Source: Alphaproteobacteria bacterium
GTDB lineage: Bacteria; Pseudomonadota; Alphaproteobacteria; RF32; CAG-239
Direction: 5' to 3'
NCBI GenBank assembly: GCA_017444525.1
Contig: JAFSWL010000044.1
Location: 25,499-89,498 of the forward strand
Length of the DNA: 64,000 bases
The translations under genes were made by a program, and so were the position numbers. The notes below the pieces were generated by a model. That model saw only the letters and a list, made by a program, of their open reading frames with translations, had not been told where the DNA came from and did not search any database. Positions 9,841 through 17,978 of the stretch are shown piece after piece. How positions within the stretch are numbered: the first letter of the stretch is position 1; every line of letters starts with the position of its first letter.

Positions 9841-9880
9841 AAAAAGTATGACTTGTCGGTAACAAGTCATACTTTTTTTT
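9841..9880. terminator. Bidirectional rho-independent terminator between convergent genes
   Basis: AAAAAGTATGACTTGT-cggta-ACAAGTCATACTTTTT forms a 16-bp stem flanked by A- and T-runs. Confidence 0.85.
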
Positions 9881-9926
9881 AGGAACCAGGAAATTTATTG
9901 GTAAAAATCGCGAATTTCCTGACAAG

Positions 9927-10655
9927 TTATGAGAGAATGTGTTTGCTTATATCTGTATAAATTCTGCTCATATTCTGATTGTTTTGTTGCTGAGTTTTTT
10001 GTTCAGTCTTGGCAATTCTCGAAAAATCATCTTCGGCGGTTAATTGCATTAATTTTTGCGCTGCAGGAGTCATCACAATCGCAGTAACCACACCTCCAGC
10101 AATTGCCTTGGTGTTTTTCTCATTCTTCTTAAACCAACCAATAATCTTTTTTCCCCAAGACGGAGCAGATATTTCTCTGGTAATTTCTTTTGCCTGTTCT
10201 GCTTTGAACTGCTTCATTGATTTAGTTAATTTGCTGATAGGGTTGCTCAACCTTTTCTCCAATTCGTTCCATTCTGAGTTTTCAATCTTTAGACCGTTTA
10301 ATTTATCGCCTTCTGCTCTGTCGTTATTATGAGCAGCATGAGCATACGCAATCCAAACTTGTTTCAGGATATCTTTTTTATCCTCAATTGAAGACAATTG
10401 CACTGATCCTATATAATCATAAACCTCATTCGGTTTTATTCCGTTTTTACGGTAAACTCCGGCCATTATCGGCTGCTGCAATATTTCGGCCAGAATACGA
10501 TTCATCCGATCTTCATTATTAAATTCTTTAGGTGTAACATCGGAAAATTTGTTGATATCCATATAGTTAAGTTTTTGTTCTGCCAGCAGCACCGAACTGT
10601 ATTCATTGCTCTTCATAAGCGGATAACCTTTAGTGTTTTCAATAACCTCTACCAT
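9927..10655 (-). CDS. Hypothetical protein, paralog B of the family at 7291..7833, with an extra C-terminal hydrophobic segment
   Basis: AGGAGA lies 8 nt upstream of the ATG at 10655 (MVEVIENTKG...). The ORF-track start at 10760 has no RBS. It shares the QPIMAGVYRKNGIKP block with 7291..7833, and has a C-terminal AIAGGVVTAIVMTPAA hydrophobic stretch. Confidence 0.7.
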   Translation of the reverse strand: MVEVIENTKGYPLMKSNEYSSVLLAEQKLNYMDINKFSDVTPKEFNNEDRMNRILAEILQQPIMAGVYRKNGIKPNEVYDYIGSVQLSSIEDKKDILKQVWIAYAHAAHNNDRAEGDKLNGLKIENSEWNELEKRLSNPISKLTKSMKQFKAEQAKEITREISAPSWGKKIIGWFKKNEKNTKAIAGGVVTAIVMTPAAQKLMQLTAEDDFSRIAKTEQKTQQQNNQNMSRIYTDISKHILS

Positions 10656-10899
10656 ATTTTTTCTCCTACTAAAAAATCTGTTGACTATACTATAATGCAT
10701 ATTTTGTCTAAAATCAAGTAAAAAATACAAAATTACAAAAAGTGATAATATTTTCTGCAAAAAATGCTTGCAATTTGTATTTTATATGATATACAAAACA
10801 GGCATCTTTAAGGACAGATTCGTTTTTAGAGATGTTCGTGTTGATAATATTGTGGGGGACAAGCCATTGTCTTTACCACAAACCTAAGAGAGGTATAAA

Positions 10900-11337
10900 A
10901 TGGCTAAATCTAAAAAGAAAATTTTAGGTCTGATTAAGCTGCAAATACCTGCGGGTAAGGCGAATCCGTCTCCGCCGGTAGGTCCTGCTTTGGGCCAAAA
11001 AGGCTTAAACATTATGGAATTTTGTAAAGCATTCAATGCACAAACGCAAAAAATCGAGCCGGGTGTTCCGGTGCCGGTTATTATTACCGCATACGATGAC
11101 AAGAGCTTTACGTTCATTACCAAATTGCCGCCGGTTTCTTATTTGATTAAGAAAGCCGCCGGTGTTCAATCTGCATCTAAAGAACCGGGCAAAAAGTCTG
11201 CGGGCAAAATCTCTATGGCGCAAGTCAAAGAAATTGCCACCACCAAAATGCCGGATTTGAACTGCTCTACAGTCGAATCTGCTATGAATATGGTTAAAGG
11301 TCAGGCAGTGTCTATGGGTATTGAAGTTACGGAGTAA
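10900..11337 (+). CDS. rplK: 50S ribosomal protein L11
   Basis: [34 protein letters not shown] is the L11 signature. RBS AGAGAGG. Confidence 0.97.
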   Translation: MAKSKKKILGLIKLQIPAGKANPSPPVGPALGQKGLNIMEFCKAFNAQTQKIEPGVPVPVIITAYDDKSFTFITKLPPVSYLIKKAAGVQSASKEPGKKSAGKISMAQVKEIATTKMPDLNCSTVESAMNMVKGQAVSMGIEVTE

Positions 11338-11341
11338 GTCG

Positions 11342-12025
11342 ATGAGCGGAAAGAGATTAGTGAATGCATATAAAAATATTGATAAGAATCAGGCTTACAG
11401 CTTGAAAGACGCTATCAATATCGTAAAAGAAAATGCAACTGCAAAATTTGATGAGACCATCGATTTGGCAATTAACTTGGGTGTTGATCCGAAACACGCC
11501 GATCAAATGATCCGTGGCGTTTGCCAGTTGCCGCACGGCAACGGTAAGACCGTTCGCGTGGCTGTGTTTGCGCAAGGCGAAAAGGCTGATGAAGCTAAGG
11601 CTGCCGGTGCTGATATTATCGGTGCTGAAAACTTGGTTGATTCAATTTTGGCCGGTAAGGTTGACTTTGACAGATGTATCGCAACTCCGGATATGATGGG
11701 GATGGCCGGTCGTGTGGCTCGCGTTTTGGGTCCGAAGGGCTTGATGCCGAACCCGAAACTCGGTACGGTTACCACCGATGTTGCCACAGCCGTTAAAAAT
11801 GCCAAAGCAGGAGAAGTTCAGTATCGTGTTGAAAAGAACGGTATTGTTCATGCCGGTGTGGCTAAGGCTTCCTTCAGCAGTGATCAAATCTATGACAATG
11901 CCAAATTATTCATTGAAACGATTTTGAAGGCTAAACCTGCCAGCCTGAAAGGAACTTATTTGAAGAAAATTTCGATTAGTTCGACTATGGGTGTGGGCGT
12001 TAAGGTTGATTCTTCTAATTTATAG
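11342..12025 (+). CDS. rplA: 50S ribosomal protein L1
   Basis: [25 protein letters not shown]...[11 protein letters not shown] is the L1 signature. The ATG at 11342 lies just after the rplK stop. Confidence 0.96.
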   Translation: MSGKRLVNAYKNIDKNQAYSLKDAINIVKENATAKFDETIDLAINLGVDPKHADQMIRGVCQLPHGNGKTVRVAVFAQGEKADEAKAAGADIIGAENLVDSILAGKVDFDRCIATPDMMGMAGRVARVLGPKGLMPNPKLGTVTTDVATAVKNAKAGEVQYRVEKNGIVHAGVAKASFSSDQIYDNAKLFIETILKAKPASLKGTYLKKISISSTMGVGVKVDSSNL

Positions 12026-12031
12026 TATTGG

Positions 12032-12140
12032 AAAAGTCACTTAAAGGCTTTCTACTTGTGAGCTCTCTTGTTTATGTACTACTTTGTACACTGTGCAAGA
12101 GAGCTCACTGCGTATTATGCTTTTTAATTGACTTTTTTAT
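12032..12140 (+). other. Compound ~105-nt stem-loop directly downstream of rplA (possible terminator, structured RNA or palindromic element)
   Basis: Perfect 13-bp inverted repeat GTGAGCTCTCTTG (12058..12070) / CAAGAGAGCTCAC (12096..12108), with an apical TGTAC/GTACA hairpin. Outer arms AAAAGTCAcTTAAA / TTTAAtTGACTTTT are followed by a T-run. Confidence 0.5.
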
Positions 12141-12317
12141 ATTGTGAGGTGTCTTTTTAAGGATACACCACGGTAATCGGTATGCTACTATAAACGGCAT
12201 TAATCGGATTTTTTCTGTTATGAGGTGTTTTACACTACGAGTACTTTCTTTTTTCTATTAGAATTTTTTTCTTATTGCATGCTCTTTTTACTCTGTAAGT
12301 GTCAGTAATACAACAAT

Positions 12318-12346
12318 TTGACATATACTGAAAAATATGGTACTAT
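12318..12346 (+). promoter_or_regulatory. Sigma70-type promoter for the archaemetzincin-like gene
   Basis: TTGACA at 12318..12323, a 17-nt spacer, TACTAT at 12341..12346, then AAGGAG and the ATG at 12366. Confidence 0.55.
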
Positions 12347-12365
12347 GAAAATAAAGGAGAAAACT

Positions 12366-13166
12366 ATGCCTACAATCAGAAATATTTTCCTCTTATACGA
12401 AAAAAGTTTGGAACCTCTTGGTCCGCATATAAAAGATGCCGTTGAAGAAATGATGGATTGCTTTCCGGAACATAAAAATGATTATCCTATAACTATGCTG
12501 GGTAATTGGCGTAGTAATAAATATGCCTACGAAGACAGGTTTGGCAATAGAATTTTACGGCCTTATGAAAGTGTGGATTGGTATATAGATAAAGCCAAAG
12601 CTAAGGCCATAGAGGAGGGAAGATGGTATTCTCGTCGGCAAATATCCATAGATCAGCTATGTAAAGATATAACAGAGGATCCGTATCGCTCACAAATACC
12701 GCAATGGTCGGTGCTTATTACTAAACACGATTTATACGGAACTTATACTAATCAATACGGACTTAAGCAAAAACTCAATTTTTGTTTAGGTGTTTCGCAT
12801 GAAAACCAATTCTCGATTATATCGACTGCGCGTTTCTTAGATGCAAACAGCAGATTAGATGTTGAAGGCTTTAAAACCGTTATAATGCACGAGTTTGGAC
12901 ATCTTATAGGGTTAACATATGAGGGGAGAGCCAACAGTAATGAACAGCTTGGTTCGCATTGTACTAATGACGGATGCATTATGCAGCAGCGAATGAATGG
13001 AGATTATTCTGAATTAACGCGTTTGCGTCTGGCAGCTAAAAGGCTTTATAAATTACCACCGATTTGTGATGATTGTATAGATGCCGGCAATAGATTCTTC
13101 TCACGGCAACGTATGGCATATAATTTAACACATGGATTAAATATTCGTAATGATTGGCAGCGTTAG
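12366..13166 (+). CDS. Archaemetzincin-like (peptidase M54-like) zinc metalloprotease
   Basis: HEFGHLIG ... SHCTNDGCIM ... CDDC matches the HExxHxxG...Cx4CxM...CxxC archaemetzincin pattern with longer spacers. AAGGAG RBS before the ATG at 12366. The TTG at 12318 used by the ORF track is the -35 box. Confidence 0.65.
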   Translation: MPTIRNIFLLYEKSLEPLGPHIKDAVEEMMDCFPEHKNDYPITMLGNWRSNKYAYEDRFGNRILRPYESVDWYIDKAKAKAIEEGRWYSRRQISIDQLCKDITEDPYRSQIPQWSVLITKHDLYGTYTNQYGLKQKLNFCLGVSHENQFSIISTARFLDANSRLDVEGFKTVIMHEFGHLIGLTYEGRANSNEQLGSHCTNDGCIMQQRMNGDYSELTRLRLAAKRLYKLPPICDDCIDAGNRFFSRQRMAYNLTHGLNIRNDWQR

Positions 13167-13171
13167 CTTAT

Positions 13172-13212
13172 AAAAAAAACAGCGCCTTCGGTTAAGAAGA
13201 CGCTGTTTTTTT
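13172..13212. terminator. Bidirectional rho-independent terminator
   Basis: A-run, then CAGCGCCTTC-ggttaa-GAAGACGCTG, then a T-run, between convergent genes. Confidence 0.8.
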
Positions 13213-13224
13213 ATGTATCACAGG

Positions 13225-16200
13225 TTATTTTGCGGACTTATACGTTGCAAATACCTTTCCTGACTTGTTGTAGATAGTCAGCAAGGTGTTGTTCTCGGAC
13301 AACTTTGCGCTGTACTTGTCCGTAAACACGGTCGGATGTTTATTATCTCCTGATGTAGTATGACCATCGTCCCATCCCCACATGGTAGCGGTGCTGTAAG
13401 CCAACATACCTATATTATCGCCGTCGGTATCATCCCACGACATGTAGGAAGATGCATCATAGGCAATAGCGTTAATCCACTTACCCCAAGAGGTGATGTA
13501 GATTGCACTGTTCAGTCTGGAATCTGTTGATGAGGTAAACATGCTCTTATCTATGGCATCTGGTGCGCTTGCATTCTGACGAATGAGCAACGGCAGAGTA
13601 CCGTTTTCAAAGTGGATGCTTACTACATAGAGCCAACTGTTATGACCTTCCGTCTTAGATGCAGTAACTTTCACGTCCGTGAACTTACCGTAGCTGTCGG
13701 GGAAGTCAGGATTCCAAGGCTTAGCCACCGTGATGGTGCCAGGAGCTGAAGAATCGAAGCTATTTGAGCCGTAGCTGACCGAAATCTTATCGCTGTAGCT
13801 ATAAACGGTCTCGTTAATATTGTCGCTCTTCTGCTTAACGGATGCTCCGGATTCTGAAGCACTGAAGCTCAGTATTCCGAAATCATGAGTCTTACCTTCG
13901 CGTGTATAGACAATCTTGTTCGGGTCTTTTGATTCCCATTTATTCTCCTGTGTAGAACCTTTCAGCTTTGCTGTAGTGCTGATGCTGCGTGTTTCGGCAG
14001 TATAGCTCCAGTAGCCATCGGTTTTGTCGGAAGAACTAGTGAGATCGACCTTTGCCGAACCGGTAGTCTGTGAGTTGTCGGATTCCTTAGATGACCAGTT
14101 GGTCAGAACCTTAAAGTTACGATTGAAGATTTTGTTTACTTCTTCCGTCTTTTTGGTTCCGTCAGAATAAAGTGTAACCCACGTAAGCGAGGTTGTAACA
14201 TTATCCTGGTTGACAGTAATCTTCGGGTTTTCGATTTCGTAACCGGTAACGGTCTTAGTTTTTGCAACTACGATCTTACCCGGTGCTGTTGAAGACTTGG
14301 TGTTTCCGCCGAATGCCACATCGATTTTGTCGCTGTAGGTATAAGTGGTGGAAGTTGCCTCATCGCTCGTCAGCTGTACAGAGTGTCCTGCTTCGGTAGC
14401 ACTGAATGTTAGAGCATCAAACGTATACGTTTTACCTTCGCGGCTATACGTAATTGAGTTCGGATCCTCGCTGGTCCAACCGTTTGTCTGCTGACTTCCG
14501 GCCAGAGAAGCAATGGTTGTAATGTCGCGAATCTCCTTCTTATAGCTCCAATTGCCGTCCTCAATCTTGTTGTTCGACTTGAGAGAAACGCTGGCAGAAC
14601 CCGTGAGTTCGCTGTTGTTTATCTCATTAGAACTCCAATCCGTATTGCAAACAAGACTGCGTGCAAAAACCTTTGAAATCGCCTCCGAATTTTCGGTACC
14701 GTCGCTGTACTTTGTAATAAAGTCAAGCGAAGCCGTAACATTGTCATCGGAAACTACGAGTTTCGGATTACGGATTTCATAATCGGTAACGGTCTTTGTC
14801 TTTGCAACCACGATCTTACCCGGTGCTGTTGAAGACTTGGTGTTTCCGCCGAATGCCACATCGATTTTGTCGCTGTAGGTATAAGTGGTGGAAGTTGCCT
14901 CGTCGCTCGTCAGCTGTACCGAGTGTCCTGCTTCAGTTGCACTGAACGAAAGAGCATCAAACGTATACGTTTTGCCTTCTCGGCTATACGTAATCGAGTT
15001 CGGATCCTCGCTGGTCCAACCGTTTGTCTGCTGACTTCCGGCCAGAGACGCAATGGTTGTAATGTCGCGAATCTCCTTCTTATAGCTCCAATTTCCGTCC
15101 TCAATCTTGTTGTTCGACTTGAGAGTAACGCTGGCAGAACCCGTGAGCTCGCTGTTGTTTACCTCATTTGAACTCCAATCCGTGTTGCAAACCAGGCTGC
15201 GGGCAAAAACCTTTGAAACCGCTTCTGAATTTTCACTGCCGTCGCTGTACTTTGTGATAAAGTCAAGCGAAGCCGTAACATCGTTATCGGAAACGACAAG
15301 TTTCGGATTGCGGATTTCATAATCGGTAACGGTCTTGCCTTTCTGCACGATAATCTTACCCGGTGCCGTACTGTTCTGCATATCATTGGTTGTAGAGTTA
15401 CCATAACTTACGCTGATTGTATTAGAATAAGTATAGGTATCTGTCAAATCTTCTGATTTAGCAAGAGTAGCACTGCTGGCAACCTTGATTGCCGTGAAGG
15501 TTAGTTTGCCGAAATCTGCCGTAACACTTTGACGAGTAAAGACGATGTTGTTTGGATCAACACTGGTCCAACCGTTGGTTTGCTTGCTTGAAGCAAGAGT
15601 AACCGCAGCTGAAATATTACGTGTTTCTTCCTTCCATGTCCAATCGTCTTCGGATTTGCTTGAGCTTTGAACTAAAGTAACCGATGGCTCGGCCGTATTT
15701 TCGGTATTGACACTTTCATAAGCGGTCCAATCCGTTGTCACGGTTAAGCTTCTCGGGAACTCTTTGCTTACGGGATCGGTTGTTTCCGTACCGTTGGCAA
15801 ATTTTGTTACAAAGTCAAGCGAAGCCACAACTCTTTCATAGGTTATGTCAAGCTTTTTATTTCGGATTTCGTAACCGACAACCTTGTTGTTGCTGACCTT
15901 AACCACACCCGGCGCAGTCGTACGTTGAACATTGTCTCCATAAATTACATTGATTGCATCACTGTAATCATATATGGAGAAGCCGTCTTTGTCACCGCTG
16001 TGATTGATTGAGCCTCCGAGTTGCGTTGCTGCAAACGAAATATTGTCAAACACATGCTTTTTGCCCTCACGCTCATAAACGAATGCGTTTGGAACAACAG
16101 CTTCCCATGTGTTATCCTTAGAAGATCCGTCATACAGAGTGGCAACAGTGTTGAGCCGACGCGTCTGATTGACATACTTCCAGTAACCTTTTGCAACCTC

Positions 16201-17709
16201 GTTACTTGACATCAAGCTTACGCTAACATCAGAACTTGTGGTTTGAGATGCAACTTCTTGGTATGCCTCCCAATCGGTCAAGCACTGAAGCGTTCTCGGA
16301 ACACAGATGTGATCGCGTACTTTGTCCTGAGTTTCATCGTCGAAAACAGTGATGAAATCAATGTTGCCGACAATCGAATCCTTATAGACGATCAAAGCAG
16401 GATTATCAAACTTGTAGTCAACTGCCTTTTTAGCCGGCTTATAGAGATATACAAGCTCATTGGTCTTATGCGAATAACCGACATAAGTAGCCGTAATCTT
16501 GTTCTCCAAAAGGGCCTCGGAATAACCGGCGCGCTCAGAAGTTCTTGGTGTAGCTGTTGTAGAATTTTCGTCAACACGATAGTCCTCATAATCAAAGCTG
16601 ACTTCAATATTGTCATCTTTATATGTGGCACGCTCGTGCATCAGAGAATATTCTGTTACCACCAAATCTTCAGTCGTTCCGTTTGCAAGGTCGGCAGAGT
16701 AGGTGTCGGTTTTGCGCCAGACTGTCCACTTTCCTTCCGTGCGGTTTTCCGATTCGCTTCCCTTCTTAATGCCGTTTACACGCGACAGTTTGTAGTCAAA
16801 GCTCTTGACATCCTTACTGTAGGGATCTTTGTTTCCGACTTTTCGCTTCAAGATAATAGAGACATTTTCTCGAGTTTGCTCACCTGATTTCCACGTTATA
16901 ATCTTATCGAATTTGCAACGCTCATCAGTTTCATTGATAATCTCTCGAGTTTTGTTCTCTATCTCCACTTTCTTGATGGCATCATCTTCCAGAACCGAAC
17001 GCGTTGTATACGCGTAAACCGGCAGAGTGAACGTTTCCGGATTGAGCTTATTCGTTTCCTTCAAAACGAGATCAACCTTGTATTCGGTATTGTAAACACC
17101 GGTTACATAAGAAGCACGTGTACGCGCCTTGGCTGAAATCTCGGTATTCTTCAGGTGCCGAAAATCGGCTCGTACCAGTGTTACACTGGGATAGTAGTAG
17201 ACGTTACCGCCGTACTCAACCGTATAACTGGTAATTTTGACCGGAATGCTCATAACCTGGGCATCACCGTAGCTGTGGTAGACAGTATCCAACTCTACAT
17301 CGTTGCCATCACTATCCTTTGCGGTAGCACGAGCAATTCGTTCAGAGATAGGACGAATGTCAAGCTGCTCCTTTGTGATTTGATAATCTTTGCGCGCCAG
17401 ATCGGAATAGGCATCCAAACGCGGCGGCTGTTGGTTATCGAAAACCACATCGGTTTTAACACCATCCTCGGTTCTCCAGATTTTAATCGAGGCAGTCATT
17501 TGATCACTGACTTTAGTTTTAAGCGCAGTGTCACTATAATGCCGCAATCCGGCTTCATATACGTAGCCGGCAACAACTGGAATCGCCTCACTGTCAGTGT
17601 CGGTGGTGCGAGCTGTGTCTAACGTCGCCTTTTCGCAGGCGGAAAACACCATAATGATGGCAAAAAACGCCATCATAGAAACGAAAACTTTTCTTAATCC
17701 GTTGTTCAT
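13225..17709 (-). CDS. Giant modular lipoprotein (about 1494 aa): lipobox signal, N-terminal domain, five ~180-aa repeat modules and a conserved C-terminal domain. Function unknown.
   Basis: MNNGLRKVFVSMMAFFAIIMVFSAC is a signal peptide with a lipobox Cys. Module landmarks (TDWEAYQ, TDWTAYE, TDWSSNE x2, TNWSSKE) recur about every 180 aa. The N-terminal domain, one module and the C-terminal domain are homologous to the ORF at 32402..34696. No SD; the leader is A-rich. Confidence 0.85.
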   Translation of the reverse strand: MNNGLRKVFVSMMAFFAIIMVFSACEKATLDTARTTDTDSEAIPVVAGYVYEAGLRHYSDTALKTKVSDQMTASIKIWRTEDGVKTDVVFDNQQPPRLDAYSDLARKDYQITKEQLDIRPISERIARATAKDSDGNDVELDTVYHSYGDAQVMSIPVKITSYTVEYGGNVYYYPSVTLVRADFRHLKNTEISAKARTRASYVTGVYNTEYKVDLVLKETNKLNPETFTLPVYAYTTRSVLEDDAIKKVEIENKTREIINETDERCKFDKIITWKSGEQTRENVSIILKRKVGNKDPYSKDVKSFDYKLSRVNGIKKGSESENRTEGKWTVWRKTDTYSADLANGTTEDLVVTEYSLMHERATYKDDNIEVSFDYEDYRVDENSTTATPRTSERAGYSEALLENKITATYVGYSHKTNELVYLYKPAKKAVDYKFDNPALIVYKDSIVGNIDFITVFDDETQDKVRDHICVPRTLQCLTDWEAYQEVASQTTSSDVSVSLMSSNEVAKGYWKYVNQTRRLNTVATLYDGSSKDNTWEAVVPNAFVYEREGKKHVFDNISFAATQLGGSINHSGDKDGFSIYDYSDAINVIYGDNVQRTTAPGVVKVSNNKVVGYEIRNKKLDITYERVVASLDFVTKFANGTETTDPVSKEFPRSLTVTTDWTAYESVNTENTAEPSVTLVQSSSKSEDDWTWKEETRNISAAVTLASSKQTNGWTSVDPNNIVFTRQSVTADFGKLTFTAIKVASSATLAKSEDLTDTYTYSNTISVSYGNSTTNDMQNSTAPGKIIVQKGKTVTDYEIRNPKLVVSDNDVTASLDFITKYSDGSENSEAVSKVFARSLVCNTDWSSNEVNNSELTGSASVTLKSNNKIEDGNWSYKKEIRDITTIASLAGSQQTNGWTSEDPNSITYSREGKTYTFDALSFSATEAGHSVQLTSDEATSTTYTYSDKIDVAFGGNTKSSTAPGKIVVAKTKTVTDYEIRNPKLVVSDDNVTASLDFITKYSDGTENSEAISKVFARSLVCNTDWSSNEINNSELTGSASVSLKSNNKIEDGNWSYKKEIRDITTIASLAGSQQTNGWTSEDPNSITYSREGKTYTFDALTFSATEAGHSVQLTSDEATSTTYTYSDKIDVAFGGNTKSSTAPGKIVVAKTKTVTGYEIENPKITVNQDNVTTSLTWVTLYSDGTKKTEEVNKIFNRNFKVLTNWSSKESDNSQTTGSAKVDLTSSSDKTDGYWSYTAETRSISTTAKLKGSTQENKWESKDPNKIVYTREGKTHDFGILSFSASESGASVKQKSDNINETVYSYSDKISVSYGSNSFDSSAPGTITVAKPWNPDFPDSYGKFTDVKVTASKTEGHNSWLYVVSIHFENGTLPLLIRQNASAPDAIDKSMFTSSTDSRLNSAIYITSWGKWINAIAYDASSYMSWDDTDGDNIGMLAYSTATMWGWDDGHTTSGDNKHPTVFTDKYSAKLSENNTLLTIYNKSGKVFATYKSAK
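14281..15360 (-). repeat. Two tandem 540-bp copies (exactly 180 codons each) inside the giant lipoprotein gene
   Basis: 14281.. and 14821.. align at an offset of exactly 540 bp. The first 60 nt are identical. A hand count gives roughly 43 mismatches in 540, concentrated at the module end. Confidence 0.9.
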
Positions 17710-17922
17710 AATACAGTTTTTTTTTGAATGTATGATTTTTTTTTGCAATTCATAGAGACCAAAAACAGCTGATTAAAGCTGTTTTTTGGTAAAGTTCCGT
17801 GCATATAAAATCACCTGTGAAAAGAGATAAAAAATTATCTCTTTTCGTAATTATAGGCACAATCATTATTTTTACGAAAGTCAATATAACATAACTTTAT
17901 AAAATATGCAAGATTTTTTTAT

Positions 17923-17960
17923 ACAAAAAAACGTCTAAAAATTTTTAGACGCCTTTTTTC
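17923..17960 (-). terminator. Rho-independent terminator downstream of the 434-aa gene
   Basis: Perfect palindrome CGTCTAAAAATTTTTAGACG (17932..17951) flanked by A- and T-runs. Confidence 0.75.
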
Positions 17961-17978
17961 GCTAAATATCGTATTTTT

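Noticed and set aside
10656-10899. L1-binding autoregulatory leader upstream of rplK
   Set aside because: It is expected from established knowledge of the L11 operon, but I could not convincingly identify the conserved L1-binding helix by eye, so I did not annotate it.
12318-12365. Upstream alternative starts offered by the ORF track (12318, 4796, 5865, 17748, 34765, 32231, 56364, 56650, 10760)
   Set aside because: In each case a downstream start has a proper RBS and/or yields a canonical N-terminus (signal peptide, conserved family start). The extension overlaps the preceding gene or, at 12318, coincides with the -35 box.
14281-15360. Template/variable repeat pair of a diversity-generating retroelement
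   Set aside because: The two copies are adjacent in-frame modules of one gene. The mismatches are not restricted to adenine positions, and no reverse transcriptase gene is present in the window.
13172-17790. Similar AAAAACAGC...GCTGTTTTT hairpins on both sides of the 1494-aa gene as possible att sites
   Set aside because: The same stem sequence type also occurs at an unrelated terminator (52377..52398). It therefore looks like a common terminator design in this genome rather than a duplicated target.
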